A program made the translations under genes and the position numbers. The notes beneath the pieces were generated by a model that did not search any database, was not told where the DNA came from, and saw only the letters and a list, made by a program, of their open reading frames with translations. A stretch of 62,963 nucleotides of DNA, filler included, from Octopus bimaculoides (lineage: Eukaryota): assembly GCF_001194135.2 (NCBI RefSeq). It is 7 parts of 7 records of this genome, joined end to end, with 100 filler letters (N's around TTAATTAATTAA, not from the genome) between each part and the next. Parts side by side here need not be neighbours in the genome. Positions count along the whole stretch, not along the records: positions 39,444 to 43,317 come from NC_068987.1; positions 43,418 to 56,524 come from NC_068988.1; 5 more parts are not named here. One strand, given 5' to 3'. Positions 40,776-51,284 of the stretch are shown here, one piece after another (the first letter of the stretch is position 1; the number at the start of each line of letters is the position of its first letter).

Positions 40776-41547
40776 AAATCGACACAACCACTGTTTCACA
40801 TATATGCTGCTGTATCCTTCTTATATTTCTTATATCATTGCTTCAATTACTTGTGCTCTTCTGAAATACTTCTACTCAGTCTCGCCTCACATTTCACCTT
40901 TCTTTACTCATCCATCATCATTTTATGCCTCACTCAAAATCCTGCACGAAATGTATCTCCTACTCATTACTCATGGTGCTCTCTGGAAATTTCTCTCTGC
41001 TTTTTATACAGGGGTCAACTTATAAAAATTCAAACTGAGTATCATCTCACCCATCGACTTTACTAGCCTGGGGTGGCAAACAAAGATCATGGGTTCTGTT
41101 CTGATACTAAGTAAAACGCACTGATGCATTTAGATGTTATGGTTTGGCGATTCAGTTCTCTGTAGGAATATTTAAACATGTAAGTAATGGAAAGTAATGC
41201 TTTCAGTTCTTTGAAATTTAAAGAACCAATGCTGTCCATTACACGTTTTTAGGAAGCTGACATACATTAATTCCTGTCCATAATTAACCTCGACATAAAC
41301 TTTAGCCATCTACTCATGCTAACTCTTCCTTGGTTTTTACTAGATCCTTTAGATCTAGTAGAATATCCAAAGTAATGTCCACAATTAGCCTAGTCATAGA
41401 TATCAACGACCTTCATAAAGTAACTTTTCCATTTTTTTTTTTTGTGAAGCGAAGATATTTGAATATACTAATACACATCAAGTTCAAACTAATGAACATA
41501 TAGAAGCACAATTTTACACGACCTCACGTGCTCTCTGGCGAAGTATA

Positions 41548-41786
41548 GGGTTGTCAGATAAATTCGTTCGTCTCTTACTGTCCCTCCGCCATTAATTTCA
41601 TTCCTTTCCAATGCTATTTGAATTGACACGAAAAATATTTTTATTGCAATATTTTGTTTTTTGTAGCTTTATTCTTCCTCTGTAACTTTTATTTATCGTT
41701 TTTGAAATTTGAATAAATAATTAACCTCTTTTCAAACATTGGGGAGAAATTGAAAAAAAAAAACGAACGAATTTATCTGACAACCC
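41548..41786. mobile_element. MITE with perfect 24-bp terminal inverted repeats
   Basis: gggttgtcagataaattcgttcgt (41548-41571) is the exact reverse complement of acgaacgaatttatctgacaaccc (41763-41786); the left end is preceded by TA. Confidence 0.85.
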
Positions 41787-41831
41787 AATGTTTAGATAGA
41801 TACTTGGATATATATATATATATATACTCAC

Positions 41832-41936
41832 GCGGTTCCGTACGGTGGTTACTGTAGCTCGGCTGAACTTCATCAGTTCCTTTATGACAGCTACGCTACC
41901 CCTTTCGGCAGCAATATGTGCACAGGTCATACCATT
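41832..41936 (-). CDS. nompC: Internal coding exon (one ankyrin repeat) of a NompC/TRPN1 mechanosensitive TRP channel
   Basis: Minus strand reads tttgtttctcgttgactctttag|AAT GGT ATG ACC TGT GCA CAT...CGG AAC CGC|gtgagt: polypyrimidine tract plus AG acceptor, GTGAGT donor, 105 nt, 35 codons, no stop. The peptide NGMTCAHIAAERGSVAVIKELMKFSRATVTTVRNR matches, from recall, the Drosophila NompC repeat DGNTCAHIAAMQGSVKVIEELMKFDRSGVISARNK. Confidence 0.88.
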
Positions 41937-42041
41937 CTAAAGAGTCAACGAGAAACAAAAGAGATGAGTAAATCTGCGTGTGAGTCAATGTAGCAATGAG
42001 TCGTATCTTCATGCGGTGAGTTGTAGTATTAATATGTTACA

Positions 42042-42760
42042 TATAGGGGGTTCCTATAAGGTTGTTATCCACCCCTGATTGGAACTCTCCCGTATGACAT
42101 GTACGCATGCTCAGTGACTTGCTTTAACAGTTGCAATCAGCTGAATGCACATTGCCAGTGACCTTTGACATAATTACCCACACTCTGTGGTCAGGATTTT
42201 TTTTTTGGTTTGATGTCGGTATTGAAGGGATTACCAGACACCGGACAATACAGTGAGAGCAGCTTTCACTCACATCGTGGTATTCGATGCTGTGTACGTG
42301 TCTGTCGTGGTAAAATATGCCACTCCTTAACTGTTGCTTTGATTTCATCCGTAGCACGAGGTAATTATGTCATTTTCTGTGAAATTCGGCAACTNNNNNN
42401 NNNNTTCACCGAGAGGAGATATAAGCTTCTGCTTATTCCTGTCTGAAGTATCGTCCGATACTTCAGACTTATCGTCCGATGAATTTACTTTGTTGACATT
42501 CTTCATCGACAGAATTTTTATTCCTTTCAACCTTTCAGTCAAGTCCACCTTTCTTCCAGTAACATACTGTCCATATAATCTTAAATATTTCTTTAACTCA
42601 GGCACAGTAAGTACTTCGATAGCTGAATCATCAAGCTGCTTTATATCCATGATAAGACGTAAAACAATAACAATGGCGTGGGTAGTCTGCGGAAGTTTAA
42701 TTATCTACATGGAACGCCGCCTAGCCAAGGGAGATAACCTACTTATAGGAAAGCCCTATA
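42042..42760 (-). mobile_element. Deleted TIR DNA transposon carrying a SAP + SWIM-type zinc-finger ORF fragment (ISL2EU-like accessory ORF)
   Basis: Imperfect TIRs tatagggggttcctataaggttgttatc / tatagggctttcctataagtaggttatc (23 of 28 identical). ORF from ATG 42650 contains LTVPELKKYLRLYGQYVTGRKVDLTERLKG (SAP). After a gap and a frameshift: HRVWVIMSKVTGNVHSADCNC* (start of SWIM). Confidence 0.7.
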
Positions 42761-43275
42761 ACAGTGCTATTGAGGAACATCAAGCAAGGTTTCCGTATGA
42801 ATATGTAACTGTTAACAGTGTTAAAGTGGCACACGTACTTGCGTTATTATGTAACGCTAACACATGTTACATGCTCATAGAGTAGCATTTGCTGCACGTT
42901 TCGTAATTTCACTCCAATTACCATTAGGTGCTTGTCTAAGAAATCGTCATTATGTAAAACGTAATTGTGACAGTTCGAAATTATGAGACATGCATTAATG
43001 TTTCACTACATAACTTGTGCTTAATAGAGTTACTTCGTGAATGTGTGACAATGATAAATGTTACCGTTACTCAGACACATTTTGTATTAATAATGTGTAG
43101 TTGTTGTTTCTGTTGTTATTGTTATTCGTAGCTTCAAGTTAGTTCTTATGGAGCAGACCTGTAAAAGCGCGACCCACATCTCTCTTATTCTAGATAAACC
43201 GTGTGTGTATCTAACCGAGGAACACACCCACACAGACACATACATGTATATGTGTATGTATGTATATATATGCTG

Positions 43276-43317
<42 letters not shown>

Positions 43318-43417
43318 NNNNNNNNNNNNNNNNNNNNNNNNNNNNNNNNNNNNNNNNNNNNTTAATTAATTAANNNNNNNNNNNNNNNNNNNNNNNNNNN
43401 NNNNNNNNNNNNNNNNN

Positions 43418-43455
<38 letters not shown>

Positions 43456-44655
43456 TTAATTTGCGTATACAAATTTAATCTGTGGCCATGGGATGAGCCG
43501 TTTTAACGATGCGTCTTGCCCAAGCTCGTCGAAACGCCGGTGTTAAAACGTGGGTAGCTGATGAAGTAGAAAGTTCTTTATGTGGCTTGTGTGTTTTCTC
43601 GTCTACGTTTGTTTGCAATGTCCTGTACCCAGATATGCACCTATACATACATGTCGATGTCGGTATGTACATACCTGTACGTATATATGCATATACTCAT
43701 TTACTATTTGTTTATATATATATATATTCTTTTAATTAAGTCATGTGACTGCGGATATGCTGGAGCTCCCCGTTTTAGTCAAATATATCGATAACGAGAC
43801 TTAATTGTTTAAGCCTGTTAATTATTCTATCTGACTCTTTTGATGAACCGCTAAGTTACGTGGACATAAACACACCAACACATGTTATCTAACAGCAACG
43901 GGGCGGAGAAACGAACACATAGAATGACACACATATACACATAGATAAATACACATCAATATACGACGGGATTCTACCACATCCACTCACATTAGCTTTG
44001 GTCAGTCCAAGTCTGTATTACAAGACACCTGATTTTGGTACCACAGGTAGGTACACGGATATTTTTCTATAAACAAGTATATACAGGCTTGTAAGGGGAT
44101 CTATATTTCCTGGATAACTCAGTATGTGTTCATAGATGCGCATATAAACATAGGAATGTTTATAGCCACGTCTCTATTTTTAGTGTGAAAAGTATTTTAA
44201 ATGTTAATAATGGTGTTCAATTACCTGAAATATGGGATCCTGAAAATATCTTCTCAACATTTTCTATGAATTAAACTATAAATATATGTATATATATACG
44301 TATGCATATATATATATGTTTGAATATATAAATATATNNNNNNNNNNNNNNNNNNNNNNNNNNNNNNNNNNNNNNNNNNNNNNNNNNNNNNNNNNNNNNN
44401 NNNNNNNNNNNNNNNNNNNNNNNNNNNNNNNNNNNNNNNNNNNNNNNNNNNNNNNNNNNNNNNNNNNNNNNNNNNNNNNNNNNNNNNNNNNNNNNNNNNN
44501 NNNNNNNNNNNNNNNNNNNNNNNNNNNNNNNNNNNNNNNNNNNNNNNNNNNNNNNNNNNNNNNNNNNNNNNNNNNNNNNNNNNNNNNNNNNNNNNNNNNN
44601 NNNNNNNNNNNNNNNNNNNNNNNNNNNNNNNNNNNNNNNNNNNNNNNNNNNNNNN

Positions 44656-44695
<40 letters not shown>

Positions 44696-44929
44696 CGTAT
44701 GCATATATATATATGTTTGAATATATAAATATATTTATACATGTATACATATATATATATGTATATATGTAAATATCATACGTATATTTGTATATATAAA
44801 TAAATTTATGTATACACATATAATCTCATAATAACTCTACGAAATTCCATTGTTCCCGCACACATATTTTTCACTGTACAAAATGTATACTGCAGAGAAA
44901 CAGGAGCGACATCCACAAAGAACAATATC

Positions 44930-44978
<49 letters not shown>

Positions 44979-45594
44979 TAACCATAAAGAAATGTAGAAG
45001 GCCGACATGAACAACAGGACATCTCATTACATACAATACCTATATATTCCATAGAAAGGTTAGCAGCAGGGTCAGGCTTGTCTATTAGCGGGATAGACAT
45101 TCAATTCAGAGAAGATTACGTTATACCTAATTATCTGCGTGAATTAAGCGAATATACGTTAAATTCCTATGTAGATATGCTTATGCTTCTTGCATTTATT
45201 TACTTCTTTATACATATTTTGTTTGTTTGGTTCATTTTTATTTTGTATTAGTATACTTATTTTCATTTTCGTTATTTGTGTGTATATATGTAGGAGTATT
45301 TGAATTTGTTTGCGTCAGAACATTTCGAAAAATTGTGTACACCGTTTTTCTTTAGCTATGGGTATATGATTATGTGTGCGTGACTGCATCTTTCTATATA
45401 GATAGAATGTTATATAGGTTTTCATACCTGCCTACACGAACACACACACACACGGACACGCACATAAAAATACCTATTTGTGCGCATGATTTTATGTACG
45501 TATGTATGGATGTATGGATGGTTGCATGCATTTGTGTATATGTCTGTTTCACTGCCTGTTGTCTCTGTCTGTGTCTCTCTCTCTCTCTGTGTAT

Positions 45595-45669
<75 letters not shown>

Positions 45670-46476
45670 NNNNNNNNNNNNNNNNNNNNNNNNNNNNNNN
45701 NNNNNNNNNNNNNNNNNNNNNNNNNNNNNNNNNNNNNNNNNNNNNNNNNNNNNNNNNNNNNNNNNNNNNNNNNNNNNNNNNNNNNNNNNNNNNNNNNNNN
45801 NNNNNNNNNNNNNNNNNNNNNNNNNNNNNNNNNNNNNNNNNNNNNNNNNNNNNNNNNNNNNNNNNNNNNNNNNNNNNNNNNNNNNNNNNNNNNNNNNNNN
45901 NNNNNNNNNNNNNNNNNNNNNNNNNNNNNNNNNNNNNNNNNNNNNNNNNNNNNNNNNNNNNNNNNNNNNNNNNNNNNNNNNNNNNNNNNNNNNNNNNNNN
46001 NNNNNNNNNNNNNNNNNNNNNNNNNNNNNNNNNNNNNNNNNNNNNNNNNNNNNNNNNNNNNNNNNNNNNNNNNNNNNNNNNNNNNNNNNNNNNNNNNNNN
46101 NNNNNNNNNNNNNNNNNNNNNNNNNNNNNNNNNNNNNNNNNNNNNNNNNNNNNNNNNNNNNNNNNNNNNNNNNNNNNNNNNNNNNNNNNNNNNNNNNNNN
46201 NNNNNNNNNNNNNNNNNNNNNNNNNNNNNNNNNNNNNNNNNNNNNNNNNNNNNNNNNNNNNNNNNNNNNNNNNNNNNNNNNNNNNNNNNNNNNNNNNNNN
46301 NNNNNNNNNNNNNNNNNNNNNNNNNNNNNNNNNNNNNNNNNNNNNNNNNNNNNNNNNNNNNNNNNNNNNNNNNNNNNNNNNNNNNNNNNNNNNNNNNNNN
46401 NNNNNNNNNNNNNNNNNNNNNNNNNNNNNNNNNNNNNNNNNNNNNNNNNNNNNNNNNNNNNNNNNNNNNNNNNNNN

Positions 46477-46511
<35 letters not shown>

Positions 46512-47564
46512 AAATTCATACATATATAAGTATGTGTGCATGTATGTGTCGCATGCATATATTGATAAATATATTTATATTCACAAATGTACGCGCATGC
46601 ACGCAGAAGTGTGCGTGTATGAGAGATGTGTGGTGCTCTGTAATTTGTAGGTAAATATCACGCACAAAATTACATAATATGTAAAAAAATGCGCATAATG
46701 ATTTACAAAAGAATATTTGTATTTTATTATTACATAGAGTTAAACAGACACATGCACTGTGCAAACATGCATCCCCGTATATACACACGCATACCCATAC
46801 ACAGGCATGTGTATATATGAATATTTTGATGCATGCCAACTGAAGTTACATGACAACTCTTTGACGCTGCACACACAGATACAACGCAAAATACTGATAT
46901 ATAGATAAGCACCATATAAAACCTACGGTAACTTGTTATTTTTTTGGTTTCGCCAGAAAACGTTTGCAAATTTGAGTTTGGAATCCGAACGATTATAAAT
47001 ATTCTAAGCACCCCAACCCAATAAATCCCCAAAGTTCATTTTTTTGTGAATTCCTTCTTTAAAATCAAAGTTTAAGATACACTTAAATCCCATCAATGAA
47101 CCACACACTATTATATGTGTGTACGGAGGAAAAAATATTGAAAAAACATCAATACATATCAGAATGAGAAGGAAAGAAGAAAGGTATCAGCTGGTTCTGA
47201 GATACCCTCAAAATAATAGGTAAACCGTCCTCAAATCACATAGACACACAACAAAAAATAATCCATAATCGTATGAATTCCCATATGTACGACACAAATT
47301 CGCAAAACCTTGAAATTTCCCGAAATGAAAAAAAGATTATGAGGGTTTCTTTGGGGATGCTTAAATTTGGGGTGCTTAATTTGCGTCTATCGCTAGCCAC
47401 TATACCCTTTTCTATTTTCTCTCCCTGTTTATGTTTGTGTTCCTTTCTGTCGAAGAGCGTTGGCTCGAAATGTAAAAGACTTTCTCACTTCCCGAGCGTT
47501 AATCTAATACCTCTGTTTGTTATTGACACACCCGTCTTCGTCTTTTTTTTTTTGTAAATCCTCA

Positions 47565-47599
<35 letters not shown>

Positions 47600-47839
47600 N
47601 NNNNNNNNNNNNNNNNNNNNNNNNNNNNNNNNNNNNNNNNNNNNNNNNNNNNNNNNNNNNNNNNNNNNNNNNNNNNNNNNNNNNNNNNNNNNNNNNNNNN
47701 NNNNNNNNNNNNNNNNNNNNNNNNNNNNNNNNNNNNNNNNNNNNNNNNNNNNNNNNNNNNNNNNNNNNNNNNNNNNNNNNNNNNNNNNNNNNNNNNNNNN
47801 NNNNNNNNNNNNNNNNNNNNNNNNNNATATATATATATA

Positions 47840-48310
47840 TATATATATATATAAGCAGAGTTAACTATATAAGGGATAAGAATATCCATTCTTACTACCG
47901 GTAACAATTACCCATGTTAACCCTGGGCATGGATGTGCAAGCACAATATGCTCATAGGGTACAAGTAATAGCGGAATAAACAAGAGTTTATCAGGAATCA
48001 AATTTAAAATGTGCAGAAAATGGAGAAAATGTTTATCAACAAACAAGCAAATTGACCAACACCGGTTAAATATTTTAAAATACAAATCCCAACATTGCGT
48101 AAGGCCGTGTCGACTAATATTGTCAGTCGGTGCCTCCAATGAATGTTCCGAAAATAATATTCGTCATCTTTATAGTACATTCGATCTAGTACGTACAGCT
48201 TCATCAGAGTGAATACAAATACATAAAATAATAGAAGGGAAGAGGAAAGAATAGAGCCTCGAGATGAGGCAAGAAGACTCATGTCATTAGAATCTTACCA
48301 TTTGGCATAT
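47840..48310. repeat. Unclassified dispersed repeat, possibly Penelope-related; homolog at about 8340-8570
   Basis: Shared ggataagaatatcc..ttactaccg..ctgggcatgga..aataaacaagagtt..aggaatcaaatttaaa; a degenerate hammerhead-like motif lies on the minus strand at 48173-48207. Confidence 0.55.
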
Positions 48311-48568
48311 TTATAAATCTCCTCCGTTAATACATAAATATTCATATATTTATACATGAATGTTCATATCTTAAGAACATATATTCTCGGGATTCCTGGT
48401 GGTTAAAAAACGAAGTAAAGCCAAACAATCGTTCCCACCAAACTCTTTGAAAACGTTGGATGGATTACTCAATTAGCGCGCGTGTATGAGAATAGTTTCT
48501 TTTAAAATACATTAAATTCCTTTTTAAATTCATTAAAAGAAACAAAGCGAAATTTATTATATATTATA

Positions 48569-48958
48569 GGCGCAGGAGTGGCTGTGTGGTAAGTAGCTTG
48601 CTTACCAACCACATGACTCCGGGTTCACCTTGGGTAAGTTTCGTCTACTCTAGCCTCGGGCCGACCAAAGCCTTGTTAGTGGATATGGTAGACGGAAACT
48701 GAAAGAAGCCCGTTGTATATATGTATATGTATGCATATGTGTATGTTAGTGTGTATGTGTTTGTCCCCTCCCCAACATCGCTTGAGAATCGATACTGGTG
48801 TGTTTACGTCCCCATAATCTAGTGGTTCGGCAAAAAGGACCGATAGAATAAATACTAGGCTTCCAAAGAATAAGTCCTGGCGTGGATTTGCTCGACTAAA
48901 GGCGGTGCTTCAACATGACCGCAGTCAAATGACTGAAACAAGTAATAGAGTAAAAAGA
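48569..48958 (+). mobile_element. SINE family B, near full length; a minus-strand head fragment follows at about 48982-49120
   Basis: ggcgcaggagtggctgtgtggtaagtagcttgcttaccaaccacatg...gactgaaacaagtaatagagtaaaaagag. Confidence 0.85.
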
Positions 48959-49672
48959 GAGTTATATATATATATGTAAACGGGGTTCTGTCAGTAGCCG
49001 TCTACCAAATCCACTCACAAGTCTTTTGACGGCCCGACGTTATAGTAGAAGACGCTTGCTGAATGTGCCACGCAGTGGGACTGAACCTGGAACTTGGAAC
49101 CATGTGGTTTGGAAGCAAACTTAACATATACATATATGCATATAACATAGACACGAACACGTACAAATACTTACACATATCTATATGTTTCTGTGTGTGT
49201 GTGTTTTACGACAAAAATTGAGAGAGCGACACAAAAGAAAAAGGGAAAACGGGAAGATATAGAGAATGGGTAGGCAACCTTCAGAAGTAGAAAGTTAAGA
49301 ACTCCTCTTTGTTTTAGATGATTCTTATATTGTTTTCATAGTATCAGTTTCGCATGCCTGGGAATATTTGTTCATGCACGTATGTTTTAATCGTTTCAAA
49401 AAAAAAAAAAAATGCCATGATATACGATCCTGCGTATTGTTCATTTTATCTCCGCTCATAATGTACGAAAATACTGACGAGTTTTACTCTATTACAAGTC
49501 ACTCTTATATATTCACTAGACAATATGTGGGTTCTGTAATATTGTTAGATTTTATGATGTTGAGAATGTCTTCGGTCTGTAGTCTGTAAAATGACGTTAG
49601 ATGTTATCATACGATACGTTAATGTCCAATAATATAAAGATCAATAAATGAGTGAAGGTGCATAAAAAATAT

Positions 49673-49705
<33 letters not shown>

Positions 49706-50948
49706 TATATGTGTCAGCAATTAACTTTATAGAAGAGCAAAATTCTAAAACGGACAATATACAGTCAGTTACATCACTTAAAATAGAAAATATGTGCGCT
49801 AAACTGAATGTAAATGTACATATATATATATATATATATTCATATTATTATCATCATCGTTATTATTGAGTGACGGAGCAGAGCATAGCATCAGAGTGTT
49901 ACTGGGGTAAAATATATGAAGCCCAGTATACCCATCATGACAAGTGTACACAAGTATACCCTCTGACAAGGGTACACAAGGCACATGCATGACAACCATA
50001 TTTGTGCGACATGGTGGTCTGATATCAATATACACAGCACATAACCTTGCAAGTAGGGCGAAGTTAGAATTTACTTGACGTCGAGTAGCCTATCCCGCTC
50101 AAAAATCCCTGAATAAGGCGTATAGAAGGATGAAGAACGAAACGCAGATGTTTCCAGATGTGAATTATCCAGACCCCAAAGAATTCCTATCAACGTATGG
50201 TTATGATGCTCCCTTACTACTTCTGCTCGTGATGAGAGATTCACACAGCGTCAGCCACCAAAGGGCATGCACAACTAGTTAAGGGCAAACAATTGACAAA
50301 CAAATCTATGGTATTGAGCTGAATATTTGCTGTAGCCCATCTTTTATACGAAGACAAACCAGTATTCACGATAAACCTTCCAGTCAGTTAAGATCAGAAG
50401 CCATGAGTGCCACTGCCTGGTACTGTATCAGGGCATTAATTATGCACATATCGTCAGCCACCAAGGGGTTAAGGTCAACTGGTTAAGGTCAAATAACTGA
50501 GAAGTAAATCTGTGGTATTAAACAGAATATTTGCTGTAACCCATCTTTTATAGCAAGACAAAACATCCACATAATTTATCAGGTAGCTAGCGTGAAAAAA
50601 ACCTCATGAGGGAAAAAATCCATCATTTATTCCCGAAATATATATTTATATTTATATAAGGGCATTACTATATAATAACGCCTCACGCCATGAGGGACTC
50701 TAAGGTCAGACTACTATAAAAAAAGCACATGTAAAAGAATTCGTCCTATTATTGAAATTTAAATATATTACCAGAATATATTCAGTGCTGAATTTATTCT
50801 GAGTAAGAGGCATATTTACCGAGATGGAATTCGAAATTCCCGCCACTTACATAGGGAAATAGCGATGAACAGTCATCCATATGCTATGCTGGATACATGG
50901 TGTTCATTTGGTATGTTGATTCACTGTTTATTTCTATTTTTCTGGACC

Positions 50949-51002
50949 ATATTATACTGACGAGTAGAAGTTGTATAATACTACAATAACTACGAAATCA
51001 TG
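50949..51002 (+). ncRNA. Hammerhead ribozyme motif truncated by an assembly gap
   Basis: CUGACGA (50957-50963), GUAG..UUGUA/UACAA..CUAC stem II, GAAA (50994-50997), UCAUG, then Ns. Confidence 0.6.
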
Positions 51003-51234
51003 NNNNNNNNNNNNNNNNNNNNNNNNNNNNNNNNNNNNNNNNNNNNNNNNNNNNNNNNNNNNNNNNNNNNNNNNNNNNNNNNNNNNNNNNNNNNNNNNNN
51101 NNNNNNNNNNNNNNNNNNNNNNNNNNNNNNNNNNNNNNNNNNNNNNNNNNNNNNNNNNNNNNNNNNNNNNNNNNNNNNNNNNNNNNNNNNNNNNNNNNNN
51201 NNNNNNNNNNNNNNNNNNNNNNNNNNNNNNNNNN

Positions 51235-51284
<50 letters not shown>

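Noticed and set aside
43490-43600. gttttaac/gttaaaac inverted pair around GAAACG with a downstream CUGAUGA
   Set aside because: The core elements cannot be arranged into a valid hammerhead topology.
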